Position numbers and translations under genes: made by a program. From NCBI GenBank assembly GCA_044440125.1, contig JBITAJ010000031.1:28225-92224 (forward strand): 64,000 bases of DNA, in the 5' to 3' direction. The notes under the pieces are model-generated. The model did no database searches. It was given only the letters and a program-made list of their open reading frames with translations, and was not told the DNA's origin. Source of the stretch: Sedimentisphaeraceae bacterium JB056 (GTDB lineage Bacteria; Planctomycetota; Phycisphaerae; Sedimentisphaerales; Sedimentisphaeraceae). Shown here one piece after another: positions 39,086-48,300 of this stretch; position 1 is the first letter of the stretch; each line of letters starts with the position of its first letter.

Positions 39086-39739
39086 CTATTCAAACTCTAC
39101 TTTAGGTATAACATTCAATGGGCAATTTTCACATTTGGGTTTTGGACGGCAATAATCTTTGCCTACCCGTACCAGAAGCGCATGATATTCATTAAACAAT
39201 CTGACATCAGAAACAAGGCAACCCTCAAGAAACTCCCGCAACTGTTCATAATCACAATACTCATCAATCATCCCATGCCTTATCATAACCCTTGCGGTAT
39301 ATGTATCCACTACAAACACAGGTCTTTCAAAAGCGTAAAGCATTATTGAGTCGGCAGTCTCTGGACCAACTCCCTTTACAGCAAGAAGCTGCTCACGCAA
39401 GGCATAATCGCTTAATCGATCTACCTGTTCGAGCGAACCGCCAAAATCATCAAACAACCAGCCAAGCAGATTTTTAAGCCGTTTCGTTTTGACATTAAAA
39501 TAACCCGCAGGCTTTATAAGCTCCGCCAATTCTTCGTGGGAAAGCTTATAAAGCGAAACTGGATTCATTAAACCTGCATTTTTTATGTTATTTATTGCCT
39601 TTTCGACATTTTTCCAATTGGTGTTTTGAGTCAAAACAGCGCCAAGCATTATCTCAAAACGACTCTCACCAGGCCACCACTCTTGAGGGCCAAAAGCCTC
39701 AAAAAGTAAATCATATATCTGCTGTATCTTTGAATTCAT
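39086..39739 (-). CDS. Endonuclease III-related HhH-GPD protein
   Basis: WWP, GAVLTQNTNW.NV, GVGPETADSI, FVVDTY, EYHALLV. Start at ATG 39739; the longer ORF runs into a terminator. Confidence 0.9.
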   Translation of the reverse strand: MNSKIQQIYDLLFEAFGPQEWWPGESRFEIMLGAVLTQNTNWKNVEKAINNIKNAGLMNPVSLYKLSHEELAELIKPAGYFNVKTKRLKNLLGWLFDDFGGSLEQVDRLSDYALREQLLAVKGVGPETADSIMLYAFERPVFVVDTYTARVMIRHGMIDEYCDYEQLREFLEGCLVSDVRLFNEYHALLVRVGKDYCRPKPKCENCPLNVIPKVEFE

Positions 39740-39883
39740 ACCTAATTCTTCTAAATTTCTCTTAAAATATTCTCTCATTCTGATTCTGTTAATCATAATA
39801 CCATCGCAAAAGAATAAATTCAAACCTTTTCCCGATATATAGAGAGCATGTTGATATGTTAGTCCTGAAAATAATCCCGAAAC

Positions 39884-39922
39884 AAAAAACAGCGGCACAA
39901 CTCAAATGTTATGCCGCTGTTT
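39884..39922 (-). terminator. Intrinsic terminator of amtB-glnK
   Basis: Minus strand AAACAGCGGCATAAC-ATTTGA-GTTGTGCCGCTG-T6. Confidence 0.85.
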
Positions 39923-39948
39923 ATAACTACAACTGTCAATTAATGGAA

Positions 39949-40293
39949 TCAGATTGCTGAAGAACCAGTTTCCGAGGTTCTTATCCTTATACACTCCTCA
40001 AGTGGCGATATAAATATCTTTCCGTCGCCAAGTTCTCCGTCACCATCACTTTTCGCTGATGAGATAATAGCGTCACAAGCCGTCTTTACAAACTCGTCAT
40101 TAACTGCGATATCTATTCTGATCTTCGGTATCAGGTTAGGCACAACGACCTCACCACGATAAAGGTTTTCTTCAACCTGCCTGCCGTGACCAGAAACGCG
40201 TGTTACAGTAATTCTTGTGATATCAGCCGCTAGAAGTGCCTCACGCACCTGATCCAATTTATGTTCTCTTACAATAGCTGTTATAAGTTTCAT
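39949..40293 (-). CDS. glnK: P-II family nitrogen regulator (GlnK-like)
   Basis: GHGRQ, YRG, PK, GDGKIF, IRIRT; directly downstream of amtB. Confidence 0.92.
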   Translation of the reverse strand: MKLITAIVREHKLDQVREALLAADITRITVTRVSGHGRQVEENLYRGEVVVPNLIPKIRIDIAVNDEFVKTACDAIISSAKSDGDGELGDGKIFISPLEECIRIRTSETGSSAI

Positions 40294-40311
40294 TTCATTC
40301 CCTTTCCATTA

Positions 40312-41640
40312 TTAAGGATTAAGCATTCCATAAGCCTGCTCACCGTGAAGCGAGTTATCCAAACCGGCCATTTCATCCTTTTCATTAAGCCTGAAGCCAG
40401 TCGTTTTCTGTACTATGTAGCATATTATTATCGTACCAACTGCCGAAAGCAAGATAGTGAAAAGCATTCCTTTGGCCTGTACAACGAATTGATTTAAGTG
40501 AGTCCATTTCTCAAGCCCTGCTGAGGCAGCAGCTTCATCAAGCCAGCTTTGCCTTACAAAGAATGACAGCAACAATACTCCAAGACCGCTTCCCACGCCA
40601 TGAATTCCAAAGCAGTCGAGGCTGTCATCATAACCGAACTTAGCTTTTGCTTTCAATGCCATGTAGCAAGCTACTGAAGATGCCGCACCAAGAATCAAAG
40701 CTCCGCCAGGTTTGACAACACCGGCTGCAGGAGTAATAACTACAAGACCCGCAAGAATACCTGACACGAAGCCGAGTGAAGTTGCTTTTCGGAATTCACA
40801 GGCTTCAATAACAAGCCACGCAAGCGCGCCGCTTGCTGCTGATATCTGGGTCATTGTAAGAGCCCTTGCCGTATCAAGTCCGCTGTGAATCGTAGAGCCG
40901 GCATTAAAACCGAACCATCCAACCCAGAGAAGTCCCGCACCCATCATTGTCATAACGAGATTGTTCGGATGCATAGCGGTCTTGGGGTAGCCTTTTCTTA
41001 CTCCAAGGAATAAGGCAACGATCAAAGCACTGGTACCCGCAGAGACATGAATCACAAGCCCGCCGGCAAGATCTATAACGCCACCGGCCCCTGTGTTGAA
41101 AAGCCAACCGTCCGAAGCCCATATCCAGTGACAAAGAGGACAGTATATCGCTAAAAACCAAAGAGTAATAAAAAGACAGTAGCCTCTGAAATAGACTCTT
41201 TCTGCCAATGCACCTGCAATGAGTGCCGGAGTAATTATAGCAAATTTGCCCTGAAACATCGCTAAAACATATTCAGGTACGCCATCCACAATAGACTCAT
41301 CCAGTGATTTCAGCATGAAAAGGTCGCTATCCCAACCCAGGAAGCCGCCCCATATGCCTTTACCAAAACAAAGAGCATATCCACAGACAGCCCAGAGAAC
41401 ACCGATTATTGCAATTGAAACAAAGCTGTGCATCATTGTTCCCAAAGTGTTCTTTGTTCGAACCAGGCCGCCGTAGAACATGGCAAGCCCCGGTACCATT
41501 AAAAGAACAAGAGCAGTTGATGTCAACATCCAGGCTGTTGAACCGGTGTCGGTAATATCATCAAACTTTGCATCAAATGCGTAAATATTCGTGCAACAAC
41601 CAAGCAGCAATAGAGCCGCAACAAAAAATAATTTCTTCAC
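40312..41640 (-). CDS. amtB: Ammonium transporter
   Basis: PGLAMFYGG, FAIITPALI.GA.AER, DLAGGLVIH, LWVGWFGFNAGS, DDSLDCFGIHG; GTG start. Confidence 0.97.
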   Translation of the reverse strand: MKKLFFVAALLLLGCCTNIYAFDAKFDDITDTGSTAWMLTSTALVLLMVPGLAMFYGGLVRTKNTLGTMMHSFVSIAIIGVLWAVCGYALCFGKGIWGGFLGWDSDLFMLKSLDESIVDGVPEYVLAMFQGKFAIITPALIAGALAERVYFRGYCLFITLWFLAIYCPLCHWIWASDGWLFNTGAGGVIDLAGGLVIHVSAGTSALIVALFLGVRKGYPKTAMHPNNLVMTMMGAGLLWVGWFGFNAGSTIHSGLDTARALTMTQISAASGALAWLVIEACEFRKATSLGFVSGILAGLVVITPAAGVVKPGGALILGAASSVACYMALKAKAKFGYDDSLDCFGIHGVGSGLGVLLLSFFVRQSWLDEAAASAGLEKWTHLNQFVVQAKGMLFTILLSAVGTIIICYIVQKTTGFRLNEKDEMAGLDNSLHGEQAYGMLNP

Positions 41641-41831
41641 TATACAGTCCCTTTTAATAAAAAATAAATCCCTGTCTTTAATGCTTTAAAATGAAGGCAT
41701 GCACACGAACGTTAACCGGATTTCAGCGCGCACCTTTGGCGCAGTTGGGGAATTCAGTTAACGTTGTGTGAAACTATCCAATCTAACCACATTTCTTAGG
41801 ACAGATAACCACATCAGTCTGCTTTTCGACA

Positions 41832-41847
41832 AACAAATGGTATGCCA
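41832..41847 (-). promoter_or_regulatory. Putative sigma54 (-24/-12) promoter of amtB
   Basis: Minus strand TGGCAT-ACCAT-TTGTT versus consensus TGGCAC-N5-TTGCW; the -12 has GT instead of GC. Confidence 0.5.
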
Positions 41848-41911
41848 TTAAGGCAAAAAGGTCTTAAAAGGGGATAATTATAGGTTTTTTCATTGATTTC
41901 GAGCCCTAATC

Positions 41912-41947
41912 AAAAACCCAATCTACAGTTTTGTAGATTGGGTTTTT
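41912..41947. terminator. Bidirectional terminator-type hairpin downstream of xseA
   Basis: AAAAACCCAATCTACA-GTTT-TGTAGATTGGGTTTTT, perfect 16-bp arms. Confidence 0.75.
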
Positions 41948-42096
41948 TGAAATACAAATTTGTTCACTCCGCAACAACTAAAACACAACACCAAATCGAT
42001 TGGGTGACACAAAAAACATGCTTTTTATACAAAATTGTATCACCAAGGCTTAACCAAACAATTACGTAACAAATCAACCGCCATAATCGCATTGAC

Positions 42097-43437
42097 TCAA
42101 CCTTCAACACGGCTCTTTATTTCTTTACCTTCAGCAAACTCTGTCTTTATAATATCATCGGGTCTCAGAGATTTCGGATCAGTAACAATACTGCCGTCTT
42201 CAGCATTTCTTGTTATTGAATATCCGCGGCTCAAAACAGATCGAGGATCAAGACTTTCAAGACGGCTCTTACTCTCCGTGAGCGACAGCCTTGCTTTATT
42301 TAACTTGGAACTGAATGCCGCAGTCAAGCGGCTTTCAAAACGCTGAAGATCAAGATTTTTCCTTGAAATCAGCTGATGAGGCTCTATAGCCGATACCTTT
42401 ACTGAATAATTATCAAGAAGATTTCTGCTTGCGCTAAGACGGCCGCTGAAACTATCTTTGAGTCGCCATTGAAGCTCATCGATTTTTTGCGATCTGACTC
42501 CTACAACGTATGCCGGATTCCTAAACACAGAACTGGCCATAACAGTAGAAAGATGCTGTCTCGAAAATTTGATCTTATTTGCTATATCAAGCTTCAATCG
42601 CCTCTCAATTGCATCTATCTGGTCATTAAGCTCTGCCATATCAGGCACTGCTATGACTCCCGCACGCGTAGGAGTAGATGCCCTTGCATCGGCGACAAGG
42701 TCGGCAATAGTTGTGTCAATCTCATGGCCAACAGCACTTATGACAGGAATCTCAGAATCAAATATTGCCCTTGCAACAACCTCTTCATTGAAACACCACA
42801 AATCCTCAAGGCTCCCGCCGCCTCGCCCAACAATCATAAGATCAAGACATAACTGCTCATTTCGTCTGTTTATATCCCTGATTGCCGCCGCGATTTTTCC
42901 CTCAGCTCCCTTGCCCTGGACAGGCACGGGGTAAAGCAGCAGTTTTGCACACGGAAAACGCTTTTTAATGCTGTCAGCAATATCCTCAACAGCCGCTCCG
43001 GTAGCACTTGTAACAACCGCTATCCGCATAGGATATTTCGGAAGCTCCTTTTTGTGCGCAGCATCAAACAGCCCTTCTGCCTCCAACTTTGCGACAAGCT
43101 TTTCAAACATCAGCCTTAAATCACCTATCCCCGCCTGGTGTATTGAGTCGACAATAAATTGATACTTTCCATAAGGAGCATAAACATCGACATAACCGCC
43201 GGCAATAACCGCCACTCCATTGGCAAACTCAAACTTACTTTTAGCCGCCGCGCTTCGCCACATGACAGCGGGAATCTGACAGTTCTCATCTTTTATCGTG
43301 AAATATTTATGACCGCTGGCGTTAGGCCGGTAGCTGGATATCTCCCCCGCGACAGAAAGCCTTCCGGGCAGATTGGATTCAATCGCCACCTTGACCATAT
43401 TGTTAACCTGAGTTACTGTATAAATTCGTTTTTCCAT
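42097..43437 (-). CDS. xseA: Exodeoxyribonuclease VII large subunit
   Basis: GEIS, SGHKYFTIKD, AEGLFD, TSATGAA, RGGGSLEDLWCFN, SAVGHEID, ASTPT, RGYS. Confidence 0.97.
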   Translation of the reverse strand: MEKRIYTVTQVNNMVKVAIESNLPGRLSVAGEISSYRPNASGHKYFTIKDENCQIPAVMWRSAAAKSKFEFANGVAVIAGGYVDVYAPYGKYQFIVDSIHQAGIGDLRLMFEKLVAKLEAEGLFDAAHKKELPKYPMRIAVVTSATGAAVEDIADSIKKRFPCAKLLLYPVPVQGKGAEGKIAAAIRDINRRNEQLCLDLMIVGRGGGSLEDLWCFNEEVVARAIFDSEIPVISAVGHEIDTTIADLVADARASTPTRAGVIAVPDMAELNDQIDAIERRLKLDIANKIKFSRQHLSTVMASSVFRNPAYVVGVRSQKIDELQWRLKDSFSGRLSASRNLLDNYSVKVSAIEPHQLISRKNLDLQRFESRLTAAFSSKLNKARLSLTESKSRLESLDPRSVLSRGYSITRNAEDGSIVTDPKSLRPDDIIKTEFAEGKEIKSRVEG

Positions 43438-43536
43438 ATATATTGCCGATGGGTATTAGATTTCGCAAATTAATTCGTCATATGAATGTAAATGTAGCTT
43501 TTGCACCTGCAATTTCAAGAAAATAATACAGCGGCC

Positions 43537-43564
43537 TTGCCGAAATCGCCTTATTTGGTAGAAT
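43537..43564 (+). promoter_or_regulatory. Promoter of mntP with extended -10
   Basis: TTGCCG-16 nt-TAGAAT, with TGn immediately before the -10. Confidence 0.5.
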
Positions 43565-43604
43565 ATCCGCTTAATATTACAAAACTAAGCATGTTGAGAT
43601 ATCT

Positions 43605-44171
43605 ATGGGTTTAATCACAATTTTATGTATTGCCGTAGGCCTGGCGATGGATGCATTTTCCGTATCTGTAGCAACCGGAGCTGTTTACAAAAAAATGCAC
43701 ATAAAGCATATATTCAGAATGGCATTCTTCTTCGGCTTTTTCCAGATGTTCATGCCGATATTAGGCTGGCTTGGAGCATCCGCATTCAAGGATTACATAC
43801 AGGCATTCGACCATTGGATAGCATTCGGAATACTTCTTGTAGTCGGCGGCAAGATGATATACGAAGCTTTCAGCCTGGAAGATGCCGACAAAAAAAATCT
43901 CGAAATGACAATTTTCACACTTCTGGTGCTATCGGTAGCCACGAGCATAGATGCTCTTGCGGTAGGAATAACACTTTCATTACTGAAGATAGACATAATC
44001 GAAACAGTAGCGATTATAGGTCTCGTAACTTTTATTCTTTCGCTCATAGGTGTCAAAATAGGCATGAAATTCGGACATATCTTCGAAAACAAGATTGAAA
44101 TAGCCGGCGGAATCCTGCTTATACTCATAGGCCTGAAAATTCTTTTAACCGACCTCTTAGCAGTATCTTAA
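43605..44171 (+). CDS. mntP: Manganese efflux pump MntP
   Basis: GLAMDAFSVS, FGFFQ..MP..GW, DHWIAF, ATSIDALAVG, E..GGI.LI.IG. Confidence 0.93.
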   Translation: MGLITILCIAVGLAMDAFSVSVATGAVYKKMHIKHIFRMAFFFGFFQMFMPILGWLGASAFKDYIQAFDHWIAFGILLVVGGKMIYEAFSLEDADKKNLEMTIFTLLVLSVATSIDALAVGITLSLLKIDIIETVAIIGLVTFILSLIGVKIGMKFGHIFENKIEIAGGILLILIGLKILLTDLLAVS

Positions 44172-44312
44172 ATCGTCAAGTATTACGATTTAAGACATAA
44201 AAAGCCATCTAATTCGTAATACTTGGCGAATTAAAGCAAAAACACATACAATTCGCAATATATTGCGAATTAAAACTTAACTTCGGCTTTATATCGTAAT
44301 ATATTACGATAT
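44170..44312. promoter_or_regulatory. Array of four 22-bp palindromes (AWWTCGY-N8-RCGAWWT), probable operators
   Basis: Copies at 44170-44191, 44211-44232, 44250-44271, 44291-44312; periods 41, 39, 41. Confidence 0.85.
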
Positions 44313-44660
44313 ATGAAGATAAGTTCCAATAATACAGACCAGACAATCTTGCATGAGCTTGGAAAACGGCTTGCGCATATGCGAATCAAATCAGGGATTA
44401 CTCAATCGCAAGCAAGCAAGATTTCCGGTATCGGCAAAAGAACCATCGAAAGAATTGAAGCAGGCAATGACACCCAGCTTTCAACCTTGATCCGTCTCCT
44501 AAGAGCATTAGGGCTTGCGGAGAATTTAGGCGTATTGGTTCCCGAAATCAAACCTGCTTCTAAGGAACTGCTTAAAACAAAGATAGCACAGCAACCTCAA
44601 CGGGCGTCTTCTAAGAAAAAGAAGAAGACAACTAAATGGAAATGGGGAGACGAAAAATGA
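44313..44660 (+). CDS. XRE/Cro HTH regulator, HipB-like antitoxin
   Basis: ELGKRLAHMR...ITQ..ASKISGIGKRTIERIEAG...STLIRLLRALG; basic tail ending QRAS...WKWGDEK. Confidence 0.85.
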   Translation: MKISSNNTDQTILHELGKRLAHMRIKSGITQSQASKISGIGKRTIERIEAGNDTQLSTLIRLLRALGLAENLGVLVPEIKPASKELLKTKIAQQPQRASSKKKKKTTKWKWGDEK

Positions 44661-44698
44661 GTATTGCCAAAAAGAAAACAAACATTTACACAGTTTAG
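44657..44698 (+). pseudogene. 13-codon stub MSIAKKKTNIYTV*, possible remnant of a hipA-type 5' end
   Basis: ATGA overlap with the HTH stop; GGAG about 6 nt upstream; closes at TAG after 13 codons. Confidence 0.35.
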
Positions 44699-44712
44699 TG
44701 TACATATTCAAA

Positions 44713-45249
44713 ATGATCAGAAATTACCCAATCTTAATTTGGCTGCCAAATATATTTGCAAGTGTAGCATGGCTGTTTGCAATAGGATTTGCACAATCTG
44801 GAGTCTACCCTGCTGGTTCACCAGACGAAGCAATAGCAATAGGCATACAATTTAAATCGAAATTATTTTTCAACTTAACTATCCTGCTGGCATCATGGAA
44901 TTTACTAAATGAATATGTAAAATGCGTCAAGCTAAACAAACCTTTGACAATATTAGACTGGCTGGTCAGATGGATTACTATTCCATCTATCGTACTGTTT
45001 CTCGTAATCTCTAATGATGTATTCAAATTAAAAATAATCAATATAGATTGGAACTTTTCAGCTATCCCAATACTCCTGCAGATGCTGGTTATCCTAATCC
45101 TGACCGAAATATTAAAGATAGACTTCTTTTGCAGAGAGAATAAGCTTAATAAAAACTTATCCATTTTGATGGCTTTTATTTTGGGCTCTTTGAATTTTTA
45201 TTTCTGTATGTATTTTACTTTCTCTTGGATAGCTGTGCATAGAAATTAA
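44713..45249 (+). CDS. Hypothetical membrane protein, AT-rich gene
   Basis: About 5 hydrophobic segments; no recognised motif. ATG 44713 preferred over GTG 44698. Confidence 0.65.
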   Translation: MIRNYPILIWLPNIFASVAWLFAIGFAQSGVYPAGSPDEAIAIGIQFKSKLFFNLTILLASWNLLNEYVKCVKLNKPLTILDWLVRWITIPSIVLFLVISNDVFKLKIINIDWNFSAIPILLQMLVILILTEILKIDFFCRENKLNKNLSILMAFILGSLNFYFCMYFTFSWIAVHRN

Positions 45250-45308
45250 AAGACTCTATCTTAAACAATATTATTCATATAGTTCTAATTTTCTAAGTAG
45301 CCTACATC

Positions 45309-48300
45309 TTACTCATCACACCTGCGAGCTAATGATGGTTTCAGGAAGTAGAGCCATTGAGCGGCGACGCTTGATTTTAGGATTTTGCTCACGGCACAGG
45401 CGTAAAGCCTCAACTGCTTTTTGTATATTTCCGCACGGCTTTCAATATTATGGGCTGTTACGTTATCAGTCTTGAAATCTACAATAACCATCCCCTCGGG
45501 AGTTATCATCAGTAAATCAATAATACCCTGAACGATTATATCATCTCCTATTTCCTGCTGCGATAATTGATAGCCGCACTCCTGCGGCGTCAGTGCGATA
45601 GTGAACGGATATTCTCTATGTACGGTTACATCAGTATCAAAGAGTAGTCTGCCCGGCTCTGTATCGAAAAATGCAAGTATCTGCCCCGCATCAATCCTCT
45701 GGGCAATGGCGGCGGAGATAGCTCCCGTATTCACAAATCGTTCAATAAGCTTTGCTACATCTTGCTCTGTAGGCTTTTTCATCAAATCAAGATGCTCAAA
45801 AACAAGGTGCGTAGCCGTACCAATAAGTCTTGGATCTGTTTTTTCTGATTCACTTCCGGTAAACCGCATATCAACTGTATCAATACTCTTAGCTGAATAA
45901 TCAACCTTAAATTCATCATCACGGTGCGTAATGCTCGAAACCGAATTTTTCACCGGCAAGCTCAATACTTCTTCATAACGATACCGAGCTTCAAATCGTT
46001 TGCAGAGTTGACTGACAACTTCTGCCGAATCAGTCGCCGCATCAGAAACGGATAAATTCTGCGAAGCACTATCTTCAAAACTCAACTCATCTGCCTTTGT
46101 AACAAACAGCCTCAGATTTTCAAGCTTTCCGCCTTTAAGCACAGCCCCCTTGACAGCGACATCATCTCTGTTAGCCGCTACTATCCAATCAAGGTAACTG
46201 CGGTTATTAGAATCCGAAAGCCACCAGTTCAAAACCTTACGCTCTCCAAGGTTCGCAAGCTCTTCAAGTTTTTGCGAAAGGTAATAGCCGGCCTGCCCAT
46301 TGTCTTTCTTTGAAGTATCGGCGACCATTATCAATTTCTCGCGAGCTCTGGTCATAGCAACATACAGCGTCCGCATCTCTTCGGCAATATTAGACGCAAG
46401 CTTATTGCGCTTGATAATATTAAAGCTGTCAGTATTATACTTATCACCCCTCTGGCCTAAATAAACTTTCAGCCCAAGCGGCAGCTCTTCATCAAGCAGA
46501 CATGTCTCGCTGACATCCATCAAATTAAAGCTCTTCTCCATCGCCGGCATAAACACAACAGGAAATTCAAGTCCCTTGCTTTTATGGATACTCATTATCC
46601 TCACACTGCTGCTTTGACCGGTGTCAGTTTCTGCCTGCGACCAGTCTCCTTCACTTTCGCGAAGACGTTCAATAAAATCAACAAACCTGCTCAGAGATGG
46701 ATTGCCCTGAGTACTGACAAATCCTTCAAACTGTATTCCTCGTTCGTGCAGTTTTAAAAGATCGCCGCGCCGCTGCAGACCGCCCGGTAATGCCGACACA
46801 AACGAAAGGTAATCATTATGCCTTAAAATCTGCCATATCACCTGAGCCAGATAACTTCTTGACGCAAGCTCACGCCACGACTCCAACACCTCAAGCATTT
46901 CTTTAAGCTTGCAAACGAGAATATCATCCCCGCCTCGAAGCGTATAATCAAGAACACAATTATAGAAGACTTTTATATCATTATCGGCATTCTTCCTAAT
47001 TTCATAAAGCTCCGAATCGCTAAAACCGAACACCGGAGACCGCATAGCCGCGGCAAGCTCAATATCACGCATCGGGTTATCAAGCACCTTGAGTATTGCA
47101 AGGCAGTCATTAACCTCAGGCGACTCAAAATAATTACCGGTAACCGATGCCTCAACGGGAATATTAAACTGCCTGAGCACATCAACATAATCGTTGACGC
47201 GACCCTTGAGCGATCGAAGCAGAATAACAATATCACCATACTGCACATCGCGAAGCAATCCATCTCTACCGGCAATCCGCATCTCACCACAACCATCATT
47301 ACCACCTACAAGCTGCTGAATGCGTTTTGCAATAACCATAGCCTGCTTCTGGTTGGTGCTTTGCAATGACATATCGCTATCATCATCTTCTTCATCAACG
47401 CCACTGTCCTCAGAAGTTATGATATGCAGTTCATTGCAGCATGGCGTCTGATCTCTGCAAACATCCTCAAGCGGCAAATACCATTTCGCACCAAACCCCA
47501 AAGCCGCGTTTTCATCATAATCCATCCCCGCTACATCAGACGTCATCAGTTCACTGAATGTTAAATTGACAAAATCAACAACACCTTTTCTACACCTGAA
47601 ATTATCATTAAGATAAATATTATCAGCACCACTTTGAGACGAATTCTTAATGCGATTCAAAAACAGCTCAGGCCGTGCCTGTCGCCATGAATATATGCTT
47701 TGCTTGACATCGCCAACTATGAAGAGATTTCCGCCGCGGCTGACAAGTTCAACAATCCTATCCTGCAGTTTATTAACATCCTGATACTCATCAACGAACA
47801 CATACTGATAATGCTCTCTAAGCTCTTTAGCAACATCAGACGGACTGCCGTCTTCATTAGTAAGAAGCTGCAAAGCGAGCCTTTCAAGATCTCCAAAATC
47901 AAGGCACTTAAGCTGCTGCTTTCTTTTCCGGTATTCCTCACGAAACATCTTCGTTATACCGATTATCGCAGCAGTATCCTGACGCGTACTGTTTTCTATC
48001 AAATCAAAAACATCGGCTGGAGCAAGTTCGTTTTTGATTTTCGTCAGAATCTTTTTCTTTGCAATTTCCGCAACTGGATATCGCACGCTGTTATAAAGTG
48101 TTTCGTCTGAACCTCTTGGCCTCGACTTAAACCGCATTGAAACCAGTTCATCGATTTTTGATTCTATTTCCGCTCTGTCGTTAGCCTTAATAGACTCTTC
48201 AATACCTGAAAGCCCATTCTCGAAATCTAAAAAGTTTTGTTGATAATGCCCATCAGTAAGAGACTCATCAAGGCTTATCGCATGCCTGCAAAGACTGCGG

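Noticed and set aside
39740..39898. N-terminal extension of the EndoIII-like ORF (likewise 29014-29082 for coaB and 62480-62617 for hicA)
   Set aside because: The extensions overlap a terminator, a promoter or the neighbouring gene; family-like sequence begins at the downstream ATG.
43438..43604. yybP-ykoY manganese riboswitch upstream of mntP
   Set aside because: No matching motif by eye, and the likely promoter leaves only about 35 nt of leader.
44170..44312. Mini-CRISPR array
   Set aside because: Repeats differ from each other, spacers are only 17-19 nt, and no cas gene is in the window. An operator array fits better.
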